Positions 20,801 through 31,084 of a stretch of DNA of 64,000 nucleotides are shown one piece after another (within the stretch, counting starts at the first letter, position 1; every line of letters starts with the position of its first letter). Location of the stretch: contig OZ253580.1 of the NCBI GenBank assembly GCA_965263035.1, positions 4,800,001-4,864,000 of the forward strand, written 5' to 3'. Below the pieces are notes generated by a model. The model was not told the origin of the DNA. It made no database searches and saw nothing but the letters and a program-made list of their open reading frames with translations. Made by a program: the position numbers and the translations under genes. This DNA is from Acidobacteriota bacterium. GTDB lineage: Bacteria > Acidobacteriota > UBA6911 > RPQK01 > JAJDTT01.

Positions 20801-20883
20801 CAGACCCTCAAGGAATCCATCGAATCCGCCGGCGAGGCGGAGTCCTGAGGCCAAATTCGCGGAGGTCGACTCTGCAGCTCGTT

Positions 20884-22611
20884 TTGCTGATCCTGCTGAT
20901 TCACGCCGGATTTCTCACCGGATACTCGCAGTCCCAAGACGACACAAACGGCATTTTCTCCGACGAGACAGACCAGGCGGGACTCGACTTCGTCCACTTC
21001 AACGGGATGTCGGGCAAGTTCTACTACTGCGAGATGGTGGGCGGAGGCGGCGCCCTGTTCGACTACGACAACGACGGAGACCTGGACCTCTACGTGGTCC
21101 AGGGGCATATGCTGGGGGAGGGCGATCCGTCAGGCGGCGCCGGCGCTTCCCGGGCCGAGCCGGCTCCCATGGACCGGCTCTACCGGAACGATCTGGTCGT
21201 GCAACCGGACGGAACCCGCCGGGTCCGCTTTACGGACGTCACCGCCTCCAGCGGGATCCAGGCACTGGGCTACGGGATGGGAGCGGCCGCCGCGGACTTC
21301 GACAACGACGGCTGGGTCGACCTCTACGTCATGAACTTCGGTCCCAATCAGATGTTTCGGAACCGGGGGGACGGCACCTTCATGGACGTCACGGGGCGGA
21401 CCGGCACCGGCGACGGGAGATGGGGCGTGAGCGCGGCTTTCCTGGACTACGACCGGGACGGTTGGCTCGACCTCTTCCTGGGCAACTACGTCGATTTCAG
21501 GTTCTCCAACCAGAAGCGGTGCCATGCTCCCAGCGGGGCCGTCGACTACTGCGGTCCCCTGGGTTACGAGCCGGTTCCCAACCGCCTGTATCGAAACCGG
21601 CGGGACGGAAGCTTCGAGGACGTGTCGGCCAGGAGCCAGATCTCGAGGGAGTACCATGGAGCGTTGGGCGTGGTGGCGGCCGACCTGAACTCCGACGGAT
21701 GGCCGGACGTCTACGTGGCCAACGACCAGAGACCCAACGACCTCTGGATCAACCAGAAGGACGGGACCTTCATGAACGAGTCCCTGCTCGCCGGCGCCGC
21801 CTTCAACCGGGACGGGATGGCCGAGTCCAGCATGGGAGTCGACGCGGCGGATTTCGACAACGACGGCGACGAAGACCTCTTCATGACCCATCTCAAGAGC
21901 GAGAAGAACACCCTCTACACCAATGACGGCACGGGTTTTTTCAAGGACGCGTCGCTGGAAGCCAATCTGGCCGTCTCCAGCCTCCCGTTCACGGCCTTCG
22001 GCACGCGATTCTTCGACTACGACAACGACGGCTGGCTGGACCTGTTCGCCGCCAACGGGGAGGTCAGGACCATCGAGACCCTGGCGAGACGGGGAGACCC
22101 GTATCCTCTGCATCAGCCGAACCAGCTCTTTCGCAACTTGGGCGATGGACGGTTCCAGGAAGTCACCAGCGAGGCGGGATCGGTGTTCCGGCTCTCGGAA
22201 GTCAGCCGCGGCGCGGCGTTCGGGGACGTGGACAACGATGGGGACACGGACGTGCTCCTATTCAACAACAACGGACGCACCCGGCTGCTGATCAACCGTG
22301 CCGGTTCGGTGAATCGCTGGCTGGGGCTGCGGCTGGTGGGCCGCGAGAGCAATCGGGACGCTTTGGGAGCCTGGGCCGGTGTGTTCAGGAAGGGCAAGCC
22401 AACGCTCTGGCGCCGCGTCCGGACTGACGGCAGCTACGCCTCATCCAACGATCCCCGAGTTCTGGTGGGGTTGGGCGAGACGCCGGAAGTGATCCGCGTG
22501 CGTGCCCAGTGGCCGAGTGGTCTGGTGGAAGAGTGGCCGGACATCGAGCCGGGCCGCTACGTCACGCTCAGGGAAGGGAGCGGGGAAAAGAAGGGGATGT
22601 CGACACGTTGA
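20884..22611 (+). CDS. CRTAC1-family (FG-GAP repeats + ASPIC/UnbV) protein
   Basis: Repeated DYDNDGDLDL motifs; C-terminal GSYASSNDPRVLVGLG. Confidence 0.95.
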   Translation: MLILLIHAGFLTGYSQSQDDTNGIFSDETDQAGLDFVHFNGMSGKFYYCEMVGGGGALFDYDNDGDLDLYVVQGHMLGEGDPSGGAGASRAEPAPMDRLYRNDLVVQPDGTRRVRFTDVTASSGIQALGYGMGAAAADFDNDGWVDLYVMNFGPNQMFRNRGDGTFMDVTGRTGTGDGRWGVSAAFLDYDRDGWLDLFLGNYVDFRFSNQKRCHAPSGAVDYCGPLGYEPVPNRLYRNRRDGSFEDVSARSQISREYHGALGVVAADLNSDGWPDVYVANDQRPNDLWINQKDGTFMNESLLAGAAFNRDGMAESSMGVDAADFDNDGDEDLFMTHLKSEKNTLYTNDGTGFFKDASLEANLAVSSLPFTAFGTRFFDYDNDGWLDLFAANGEVRTIETLARRGDPYPLHQPNQLFRNLGDGRFQEVTSEAGSVFRLSEVSRGAAFGDVDNDGDTDVLLFNNNGRTRLLINRAGSVNRWLGLRLVGRESNRDALGAWAGVFRKGKPTLWRRVRTDGSYASSNDPRVLVGLGETPEVIRVRAQWPSGLVEEWPDIEPGRYVTLREGSGEKKGMSTR

Positions 22612-22715
22612 CATAGCAATGCGGTCTACGGACCCCATGACCCGGATACCGGGAACCGAACCTCCGTTCATGAGTGGCCTGACGACCGGCAACTACTGCA
22701 GCAGCGTGCACCTTA

Positions 22716-22877
22716 ACAGCCCGTGGTAAAAGTCGTCACGGCATTCGACCGTCCCTGCATCGTGCGCGGACTGCGTTGCTATCGGCTCACATACTCCCGG
22801 TATGCTCCCTCCGTTGCGCCTGGTCCGGCGGGCGCAGGAACGGTCTCGGTGCTCGCGGGACTTTCACCACGGACTGC
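22716..22877. mobile_element. MITE family A, copy 1 (162 bp, TA flanks)
   Basis: TIRs ACAGCCCGTGGTAAAAGTC / GACTTTCACCACGGACTGC; near-identical copies at 24151 and 55247. Confidence 0.9.
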
Positions 22878-23425
22878 TAATATATTTCGAAAACGATTCC
22901 AAACCCTGGACTCCACTATTTCCGAACCGGCTGTATTAGAATCGGCGTTTTCTTATATATATGATTATACGTATATTTCGGGACGCAAAGAAACAATATG
23001 GATTCCCGGCCGATATCAATTTTATCCCGCCGTTTTGATTGGCTACACAACCAGCTGCAAATTGTCGTTCGGTTCTCGCAGGAAACCTGAAATTAGTTCA
23101 GTGTCTCGGAATTTACGCGCTTCTGGCTCTCCATGCATTGCATTTCTTGCAATATAGGGCGTCTTTATTCGATTATTCCCCGGGGTACGTTGATAATCGT
23201 TTCCGATGACGGAACGGTGGCAGAGGATAAGCGTTTTCGTCGTACAATCGGCGATCCCGCGGGAAATACCGCACGGAGGCAGGGCAGTGCACTATATATT
23301 GACTATTCCGGAAAATAAATAAGAAATCTATTTTATCGCAATAAAAAGACGATTTCCCATCGGAAAATAGTGAGCGGCAGACCTTGTTCGAAGGGGTGTG
23401 TCTGGTGTAGGATGAAAACGTGCAC

Positions 23426-23547
23426 GAGCCAGCCGGGTGCGGCAACACCCGGCTGGCTCTAAACCAACTCGTCCTATGCTGGAGGAAGAGCCAGCCTGAG
23501 TCCTATTCTACTCGACCCAGAATCCGGTTTCAGTCCAGCATAGGACG
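23426..23547 (+). ncRNA. Candidate structured RNA leader
   Basis: Two 14-bp perfect inverted repeats plus an alternative 10-bp pairing, downstream of TTGTTC-N18-TAGGAT. Confidence 0.5.
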
Positions 23548-23850
23548 TCCTCTCTAAAATGGTGGCAGGAAAAGTGCCCGAATTTCTCCGGTTGTCGACG
23601 TTATCTTCAAGATCGACTGTCGGGGCGTTCAGGAATCTGCGCCGGAGGTGGCCATTACGGATTCCTCATGGCGCCATCCCTCCTGCACGATGCCGGCGGC
23701 GAAGAGATTAATTCAGCGCCGGCATCACCGACGGACCGGATCCACACTCCACCTGCAGGAATGACGCCGGCCGTGCTGGCAGTGCCGGCTGAATTGGGCC
23801 GGAGACGCTGGTTGAGTCGACCGGACGCTGAATCAACATTTGGAAGTACG

Positions 23851-24105
23851 ATGATGTCGGAGAATCGAAAGCTGTTTGGCTTGAATGACATCCAAGCCAT
23901 CCGCTTGATCTGCCTCAGTTGCAACGAAGAGCTCCTCTTCCCGAAACACATTCCGGCAAGCGATCATTGCCCCCACTGCAACGTCCGGTTGGATGCGAGA
24001 GGTCTGGAACCGGTCACCGAGCTGAACCTGGCGCGGATCATCCGGCAACTCACTCAGGATCCTAGCGGACTCCTGGACATCCGTTTCGAGGTCATGGACC
24101 CGTGA
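23851..24105 (+). CDS. Small zinc-ribbon hypothetical protein
   Basis: CLSC...CPHC; start chosen at ATGATG 23851. Confidence 0.6.
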   Translation: MMSENRKLFGLNDIQAIRLICLSCNEELLFPKHIPASDHCPHCNVRLDARGLEPVTELNLARIIRQLTQDPSGLLDIRFEVMDP

Positions 24106-24150
24106 TCCAGGATCGCGCAAACGACATCCGGGACTTACCTGAGTCCCTTA

Positions 24151-24312
24151 CCAGCCCGTGGCAAAAGTCGTCACGGCATTCGACCGTCCCTGCATCGTGC
24201 GCGGACTGCGTTGCTATCGGCTCGCATACTCCCGGTATGCTCCCTCCGTTGCGCCTGGTCCGGCGGGCGCAGGGCCGGTCTCGGTGCTCGCGGGACTTTC
24301 ACCACGGACTGT
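24151..24312. mobile_element. MITE family A, copy 2 (162 bp, TA flanks)
   Basis: Near identity to 22716-22877. Confidence 0.9.
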
Positions 24313-24560
24313 TAAACGACCGACTCCGATCCGGCCCGTACACCAGGCGACTCCCCAGCCGGGAATCCTTCCACATCACCTCTTTGGCGCAACCCGACCT
24401 CAACGATCGGGTTGACGCTGATGGTGAAGCACCCAATCCGGTGCAGGACGAAGGCATTTGCGGCAACTCGATGAGATGGCGGTCCACGGATTGACAGGGG
24501 TAGGATGTGTTTATTGCATAGAAGGCCGACGAATACCGACCGGAGCCGAGCGGAGGAAAC

Positions 24561-25580
24561 ATGATCGGAAATTTGATCTCACGGTGTCGGCGCGGGACCG
24601 CGGTCGGGTGGACTGTACTCCTCCTCGCTGGGAGCCTAACGGCTCAGGATGAAGCCTCAACGCCGGCCGAGGTGTGGGAGCGGATCAAGGGAACGGAAGA
24701 TCCGGGAGTCTTTGAGGCGTACATCGATCGATACCAGAACGTTTCGGAGGCCGAAATCTACGTCGAGCTAGCGAAGTTCGAGTTGGAGGCGTTGCCGCCG
24801 GCGGAGTGGAGCAACAGCCTCGGAATGGAGTTCGTGCGGGTACCGGCCGGCGAGTTCCGGATGGGGTCGGAGAGCGGGTTTGCGGACGATGACGAGAAAC
24901 CGGTGACTCGGGTGAAGATCAGCCGGGCGTTCTATCTGGGGAAATACGAGGTGACTCAGGGTCAATGGGAGACGGTGATGGGATCGAATCCCTCGGATTT
25001 CAAGAACTGCGGTCGAGATTGCCCGGTGGAGAGTGTTTCGTGGGACGACGTGCAGCAGTTCGTCAGGGAGCTGAACGGCATGGAGGTTGGAGCGAGGTAC
25101 CGGTTGCCGACGGAGGCCGAGTGGGAGTACGCGGCGCGGGCGGGAACTCGGACGGACACGCCGGCAGGAGATTTAGATTTAGTGGGGACCAGCAACGCGC
25201 CGATGTTGGACCGGATCGCGTGGTACGGCGGCAACAGCGGCGTGAGGTACGATGGCGGGGTCGATTGTTCGGACTGGAATGAAAAGCAGTACCCGTCAAC
25301 GTGGTGCGGGACCCATCCGGTCGGGGGGAAGGCTGTGAATGATTTCGGGCTGCACGACATGCTGGGGAACGCGTGGGAGTGGGTAGAGGACCGATACGGG
25401 GAGTACCCTGGAGGCGGCAGTGTCACAGATCCCAAGGGCCCTGCGACGGGCTCCCTTCGGGTCCGTCGGGGGGGCGGTTGGAGCCACGACGCTCTCGGCT
25501 GCCGGTCGGCGTATCGCGCCGGCGTCATCCCCGGCAATCGCTACCACTACCTGGGTTTCCGCCTCCTGAGGGTCGAATGA
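24561..25580 (+). CDS. Secreted FGE-sulfatase (SUMF1) domain protein
   Basis: NSLGMEFV, YEVTQGQW, RLPTEAEWEYAARAG, GLHDMLGNAWEW, GFRL; GGAGG RBS. Confidence 0.95.
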   Translation: MIGNLISRCRRGTAVGWTVLLLAGSLTAQDEASTPAEVWERIKGTEDPGVFEAYIDRYQNVSEAEIYVELAKFELEALPPAEWSNSLGMEFVRVPAGEFRMGSESGFADDDEKPVTRVKISRAFYLGKYEVTQGQWETVMGSNPSDFKNCGRDCPVESVSWDDVQQFVRELNGMEVGARYRLPTEAEWEYAARAGTRTDTPAGDLDLVGTSNAPMLDRIAWYGGNSGVRYDGGVDCSDWNEKQYPSTWCGTHPVGGKAVNDFGLHDMLGNAWEWVEDRYGEYPGGGSVTDPKGPATGSLRVRRGGGWSHDALGCRSAYRAGVIPGNRYHYLGFRLLRVE

Positions 25581-25835
25581 TCCGTCCCTGCCACGCCGCG
25601 ATAAGTCGATGAACCCGGGCAATCACTCCAATCGTGGACCCCGAGTCGTTCAGACTCGCCGCTCGGCGACGAACTCATGGGGCCAGATTGATTCTGCCCG
25701 CCTGCTGGACCCGGGCAACCGCAATGGTCGCCCCGATGTCGACACGGCATGGCCGGCGGGCCTGTCCGGTCCCGGTGGGCCAGGAAAACACTGCGGCGGG
25801 TTAAAGGAAGGGCAACCACGAGGGTTGCCCCTACG

Positions 25836-26345
25836 CTATTCGCTCCATTCGAAGTCGTGCACGATCTGGCCTCCGGTGCCCGTCTCGTTCAGCTCCAGGA
25901 GGTTGCCGTCGGGATCGTAGAAGAAGAGCACGTGCCAATCCCCCTCACCCGAGAAGCGGACCGGAGGCGAGATGAACTCGACGCCCTCCGCCTTCAATTG
26001 TTCATAGATCGCGGGCAGGTTCTCCACTCCGAAGCAGATGTGCGCACTGGGCACGTGGTGGACCTCGTATCTCGCCTGGGGGCTTTCCGGTTTCAACCAC
26101 TGGATGATGTCGAAGGTCAACGCCACCCCTTCGTCGTTCCGGTCGTAGCCCTGGACGCCCTCCGGAGCCCGCATGCGGTATTCGCGCATGTGGCAGCCCG
26201 GCTTGTCCACCATCTCCGCCACCGGGCCCGCGATGTGCTCTTCCGGAGTCACCACCTCCAGGCCCAGCAGATCGCGATAGAAGTGCAGGGATTTCTCGAT
26301 GTCGCTCACCATGACGGCGATGTGGTCGATCTTCTTCAGGTACAT
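25836..26345 (-). CDS. VOC (glyoxalase-like) protein
   Basis: IDHIAVMVSDIEKSLHFY, HICF, FYDPDGNLLEL. Confidence 0.92.
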   Translation of the reverse strand: MYLKKIDHIAVMVSDIEKSLHFYRDLLGLEVVTPEEHIAGPVAEMVDKPGCHMREYRMRAPEGVQGYDRNDEGVALTFDIIQWLKPESPQARYEVHHVPSAHICFGVENLPAIYEQLKAEGVEFISPPVRFSGEGDWHVLFFYDPDGNLLELNETGTGGQIVHDFEWSE

Positions 26346-26409
26346 CCGATTTGACTCCTTTCGGTTCGTATCTCCCGGGCGCCGGCCTCGGCAGCCGGAC
26401 GTTCCGGCA

Positions 26410-27159
26410 TCACTTGGTGGTATAGCCCCCGTCGGCCACCAGAACCGAGCCGGTGACGAAAGAGGCGTCGTCGCTCACCAGAAAGAGAATGCAGTTGGCC
26501 ACCTCTCCCGGATCGGCGAACCGTTCCAGCAGGTTGCTCTTGCGGTAGGGCGCCAGGTGTTCCTCCGGCACCCCGTCCAGCATGGGTGTGTTCATGGAGC
26601 CGGGGCAGACCGTGTTCACCCGGATGCCCTCCAGGGCGTGGTCGTGGGCCATGCACTTGGCCAGGCCGATGAGGCCGTGCTTGGAGGCGTTGTAGGAAGC
26701 CTGTTTCGCGTTGGACACCACGCCGGAGAGGGACGAAATGCAGACGATGTTCCCCGACTTCTGCTTTCGCATCTGCCGGATGGCGTATTTGGAGCAGAGG
26801 AAAGGCCCCTTCAGATTGACCCCCAGGACAAAGTCCCAATCCTCCTCGGTGGTCTCGGGAACGGCCTTCTCCACCTGGACGCCGGCGTTGTTGATGAGTA
26901 TGTCGATCCGGCCGAATCGGGCGACGGTCTCCTCCATCAGGTTGCGGGCGTCGGCCGCCGACGAGACGTCGGCCTTGACGAAGAGGGCTTCGGTCCCGTC
27001 ATTCTGGAGGGATCGGGCCACCCCTGTTCCCGCATCGACGTTGACGTCGGCGATGACCACTTTGGCCCCTTCGGCCGCGAAGAGTCTGGCGGTGGACGCG
27101 CCCAGGCCACTACCGCCGCCGGTGATGATCGCCACCCTGCCGTCCAGTTTTCCGGGCAT
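26410..27159 (-). CDS. SDR oxidoreductase
   Basis: TGGGSGLG, NNAG, YNASK. Confidence 0.95.
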   Translation of the reverse strand: MPGKLDGRVAIITGGGSGLGASTARLFAAEGAKVVIADVNVDAGTGVARSLQNDGTEALFVKADVSSAADARNLMEETVARFGRIDILINNAGVQVEKAVPETTEEDWDFVLGVNLKGPFLCSKYAIRQMRKQKSGNIVCISSLSGVVSNAKQASYNASKHGLIGLAKCMAHDHALEGIRVNTVCPGSMNTPMLDGVPEEHLAPYRKSNLLERFADPGEVANCILFLVSDDASFVTGSVLVADGGYTTK

Positions 27160-27369
27160 GCTGCTTTCCTCTTTCCGCGCCGCTCGTCCCCGTTCGATTG
27201 GGCGCTCCGGCTGAATGGGTTCGACTTCCTAACCGGCCCGCTTGGCGGCTTTGGCCAAGCCGTCCGGCACTCGACTTAAGGTATTGAATCCGATGCCGTG
27301 AGGCAAGCCGTATCGCCGTCCGGGGAATCCTGCAAGGGGCTCCCGGAACGTGTTAGTGTCCGGCTCGTC

Positions 27370-28347
27370 ATGACTCGATGCGTCGCGACCCTGCTCCCGC
27401 TGCTGTTGCTCTGGGCCTGCGCGGCGCCGGTTCCCGATCCCTCCCGCGACGGACGGCTGAGGATCGCCTTCATCTCCAAGTCCTACACCGATCCCTTCTG
27501 GCTGGACGCCATCGACGGCGCCCAACGGGCGGCAGAGGAGCTGGGGGTGGAACTGCTGTTGCACGCCGCCAAGAGCGAGACTCATGTCGTGGATCAGGTC
27601 CAGATCGTGGAGAACATGATTCAGTTGGAAGTGGACGGCATCGTGCTGGCGCCCTGCGATTCCAACGCCCTGTCGCCTGCCGTGTCGAAGGTGAACCAGG
27701 CCGGGATTCCCATCACCGTCATCGACACCGGGATCGCCGAGGGGGATATCGTCACTTTCGCCGCCACCGACAATGTCCTTTGCGGCACCGTGGCCGCCGA
27801 CCGGCTGGCCGACCGCCTTTCGGATCGAGGGAAGGTCGGCGTCATCGCCTGTCCGCCCAGCATTCTGCCCTGCCGGGAAATCATGAACGGTTTCGTGGAA
27901 GGCCTGCGCAAGTATCCCGACCTGGAAATGGTGGGGTCTCCGCTGGGAGTCCCCTTCTGCGACCAGTCCTTCAACGCCACCACCGACCTGCTGACGGCGC
28001 ATCCCGATCTGGCCGGTCTCTATATCTTCGGTGGTCCCGCGGTTCTCTGCGCCGCCCAGGCGGCCGGGGCCTTCGGAAAGAACCTGGGCGAGGATCTGAT
28101 GGTAGTGGGCCGCGGTTCCATCGGCAAAGCGGGGTTGGGGGACCTGGAGGCGGTCAAGCGTGGCGAGCTGGACGCCATGGTCGCCCAGTTTCCCGCCAAG
28201 ATGGGCTATGCCGGCGTCGACAGTCTGGTCAAATTCCGCCGCGGCATCGAATCTACGCCCTTCACCGACACCGGCGTGGTCCTGGTGACGAAGGAGAACG
28301 TGGACGAGTTCATCCGGCAGATCGAGAGCGGGGAGCCGCTCTTGTGA
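27370..28347 (+). CDS. Sugar ABC transporter substrate-binding lipoprotein (RbsB-like)
   Basis: LLWAC lipobox, DPFW, ITVIDT, ATDN, AQFPAKMGY. Confidence 0.9.
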   Translation: MTRCVATLLPLLLLWACAAPVPDPSRDGRLRIAFISKSYTDPFWLDAIDGAQRAAEELGVELLLHAAKSETHVVDQVQIVENMIQLEVDGIVLAPCDSNALSPAVSKVNQAGIPITVIDTGIAEGDIVTFAATDNVLCGTVAADRLADRLSDRGKVGVIACPPSILPCREIMNGFVEGLRKYPDLEMVGSPLGVPFCDQSFNATTDLLTAHPDLAGLYIFGGPAVLCAAQAAGAFGKNLGEDLMVVGRGSIGKAGLGDLEAVKRGELDAMVAQFPAKMGYAGVDSLVKFRRGIESTPFTDTGVVLVTKENVDEFIRQIESGEPLL

Positions 28348-29150
28348 TCGTTCCGGAAAGCGCCTCCGGAACCGCGACCGGACCCGCTGGCGGGGCCGGC
28401 CGCGCAGCTCTCCTGGAGGCGGTGGGTATCACCAAACGATTCGGCGCGCTGACGGCGGTCGACGGCGCCGATCTCACCGTCGGCCGGGCTGAGATCGTGG
28501 GCTTGGTGGGCGGCAACGGGGCCGGAAAATCGACACTGATCCACCTCATCTCCGGCGTCGATCGACCCGATCGAGGACACTTCTTGATGGAGGGCCGGCC
28601 GCTTCGACCGGGGAGCCCTGCCGATGCCCGGTTTCAGGGAATCGAGACCGTTTACCAGGACCTGGCGCTCCTGGGCGAACTGGACGTGACCGCCAACATC
28701 TTCATGGGACGGGAGTGGCGCCGGGGCGTCCCCGGGCTCCGCTGGCTGGCGGAGAAGTCCATGAAGGCCAAGGCGGAAGAGTTGATCCGCAGGCTCGGCT
28801 ACGACTTCCGCGCCTCAACCCGGGTGCGTTACCTTTCGGGGGGACAGCGCCAGGCGGTAGCCCTGGCCCGTGCCCTACTGGCCCGCGCCAAGCTGATCCT
28901 GATGGACGAACCGACGGCGGCCCTGGGGGTCGCGGAGACCCGAAAGACGCTGGACCTGATCCGGAGGTTTCGGGACGAGGGAGTCTCCCTGATCGTGATC
29001 GGTCACGAGTTGGACGACATCTTCTCCATCGCCGACCGGATCGTGGTCATGAGGAAGGGGGCGACGGTGGCCGACCTGAGGACCCGTTCCACGAACCAGG
29101 ACGAGGTCGTCGACCTGATGCTGAAGGGCCCGCTTCCGTCCAGGAGTTGA
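28344..29150 (+). CDS. Sugar ABC transporter ATP-binding protein
   Basis: GGNGAGKST, LSGGQRQ, MDEPT; GTGA overlap. Confidence 0.93.
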   Translation: MIVPESASGTATGPAGGAGRAALLEAVGITKRFGALTAVDGADLTVGRAEIVGLVGGNGAGKSTLIHLISGVDRPDRGHFLMEGRPLRPGSPADARFQGIETVYQDLALLGELDVTANIFMGREWRRGVPGLRWLAEKSMKAKAEELIRRLGYDFRASTRVRYLSGGQRQAVALARALLARAKLILMDEPTAALGVAETRKTLDLIRRFRDEGVSLIVIGHELDDIFSIADRIVVMRKGATVADLRTRSTNQDEVVDLMLKGPLPSRS

Positions 29151-29157
29151 CCGGCCC

Positions 29158-30165
29158 GTGGATTGGAATCGTTCGCTTCAAGTTTTGGTCTCCCGCTTGA
29201 CGAGCCGGGGTCTGCATCCCGCCTTGCTGAAGCTCACCCGGCTCAAGGCGCTGCTGGCGGCCACCCTCATTCTGGTGGCCGTCGTGTCCATGATCTCTCC
29301 CGTCTTTCTCACCACTCGAAATTTCCTCAACATCCTGGAACAGCTCTCCATCAACGCCATCGTCGCGGTCGGCATGACCTTTGTCATCATCGCCGCCGGG
29401 ATCGACCTCTCGGTGGGCTCGATCCTGGCCCTGGGGAGCATGGGAACGGCCGGGCTTCTGGTCTCCGGGATCCCGGTCCCGGGCGCTATCGTAGGAGGGT
29501 TGCTCGTGGGGACCGCCGCCGGTGCGGTCAACGGCGTCGCCGTGGCCTACGGCCGGATCCCGGCCTTCATCATGACCCTGGGGATGCTCAACGTCGCCCG
29601 GGGAACCGTCATGTTCCTGACCAGCGGCAACTCCATCGTCGGCCTCCCGGAGAGCTTCCTGTTTCTGGGCAAGGGGCGCATCGGTCCGATCCCCGTGCTG
29701 GTGTTGATCACCGCGGCGGTCTACCTGATCGGCCACCTGGTGCTGGTGAAGACCCGCTTCGGGCGCTACACCTTCGCCATCGGCAACGATCCCGAAACGG
29801 CCCGCCGCCTGGGGGTCCGCGTCAAGCGCCACCAGTTCCTGCTCTACGCCCTGAGCGGCGGACTGGCTTCCTTTGCGGGGATTCTGCTGGCGGCCCGTCT
29901 GAACTCGGCCCTCACCCTGGCGGGGACCGGGGCCGAGCTGGACGTGATCGCGGCGGTGGTCATCGGGGGGACGAGCCTGTACGGGGGACGGGGCTCCATG
30001 CCGGGGACGCTGTTGGGCGTGATCTTCTTTCAGATCGTCCGCAACGCCCTGAACATCCTGGGCATCTCGGTCTTCGTGCAGCAGGTGGCCGTGGGCGCCC
30101 TGCTCATCTTCAGCGCTCTGGCCGACTTCCTCTACGATCGATGGGGGCGGCAGGAAGGGAGTTGA
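29158..30165 (+). CDS. Sugar ABC transporter permease (RbsC-like)
   Basis: GIDLSVG, TRFGRY..AIG, ELDVIAAVVIGG. Confidence 0.94.
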   Translation: MDWNRSLQVLVSRLTSRGLHPALLKLTRLKALLAATLILVAVVSMISPVFLTTRNFLNILEQLSINAIVAVGMTFVIIAAGIDLSVGSILALGSMGTAGLLVSGIPVPGAIVGGLLVGTAAGAVNGVAVAYGRIPAFIMTLGMLNVARGTVMFLTSGNSIVGLPESFLFLGKGRIGPIPVLVLITAAVYLIGHLVLVKTRFGRYTFAIGNDPETARRLGVRVKRHQFLLYALSGGLASFAGILLAARLNSALTLAGTGAELDVIAAVVIGGTSLYGGRGSMPGTLLGVIFFQIVRNALNILGISVFVQQVAVGALLIFSALADFLYDRWGRQEGS

Positions 30166-30181
30166 ATCGCTTGGCGCGGTG

Positions 30182-30970
30182 TCAGCCGCTCTCCGCCTTC
30201 CCGGATTGGGAGGCCCGAAAGGTTTCCAAGGCGGACTTGGCCCCGCCGAGCAGAAGGCTGTAGTCGCTCCCGTAGCCCAGGAAGATGAACCCCTGCTCCA
30301 GGCGGTGCGCCAGGTCTTCCGGGCTCCCGACGCCGATGCCGATGGCCACGCCGGTGTCCCGGCCCACCTGCAGAGCCTTGTCGATCACGGCGTCCGTCTC
30401 GGGATTCGGCTGACGCCTGGGGTCCACACCCAGAGCCAGCGACAAATCCCACATGCCCATGTAGAGCAGGTCGACCCCCGGCACGGACGCGATCCGCTCC
30501 AGGTCTTGGACCGCCTCGGCGGTCTCCAGCAGCAGACCCACCAGGATGTTCCGGTTGGCCCGTTCCAGGTAGTCGTTGTAATCGAGGGTGTAGCGGGACG
30601 CGCGCAGAGGACCGAAGCCTCGCTTTCCTTCCGGAGGATAACGGGTGGCGGCCACCACCGCCTCCGCCTCCTCCACGGTCTTCACCATGGGGACGATGAT
30701 CCCCATGGCGCCTATATCCAGAGCCTTCTGTATGGCGAACAGGTCCGAGGGCGGGACCCGGACCATGGGCATGGCGCCGGAACCGTCGATGGCCATGAGC
30801 ATGCGCTCGACCTGAGCCGAATCCAGGGCGTTGTGCTCGGTTTCGACCAGCAGCCATTCGTACCCGGAGTAGGCTAGCAACTCGGCCACCGAGGGACTGC
30901 CCAGTCCCAGAAAACATCCGACGGCGGCTTCACCCGCGATGACCTTCTGACGTATCCGATTGTCCTTCAT
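30182..30970 (-). CDS. HpcH/HpaI class II aldolase
   Basis: ETEH, MVRVP, LDIGA, RYPPEGKRG, LET; GGAGG RBS before ATG 30970. Confidence 0.92.
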   Translation of the reverse strand: MKDNRIRQKVIAGEAAVGCFLGLGSPSVAELLAYSGYEWLLVETEHNALDSAQVERMLMAIDGSGAMPMVRVPPSDLFAIQKALDIGAMGIIVPMVKTVEEAEAVVAATRYPPEGKRGFGPLRASRYTLDYNDYLERANRNILVGLLLETAEAVQDLERIASVPGVDLLYMGMWDLSLALGVDPRRQPNPETDAVIDKALQVGRDTGVAIGIGVGSPEDLAHRLEQGFIFLGYGSDYSLLLGGAKSALETFRASQSGKAESG

Positions 30971-31084
30971 GTCAGTGAACCTCCGTTGAGAATCGGCCCG
31001 CAGAAGATAAGGGACGGGGAGAGGTGTGTCAAAGCCGGTCGAGGCATCGTGCCAATTGCGGGCGACGAGTCCGCAAGGAGCAAG

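Larger units (their letters stand above)
20358..20855 (+). repeat. 56-bp direct repeat duplicating the E2 3' end
   Basis: 20358-20413 versus 20800-20855, 3 mismatches. Confidence 0.9.

Noticed and set aside
27378-28343. Apparent 590-aa ABC ATPase with a long N-terminal extension
   Set aside because: The extension overlaps the binding-protein gene out of frame; the real start is the GTGA overlap at 28344.
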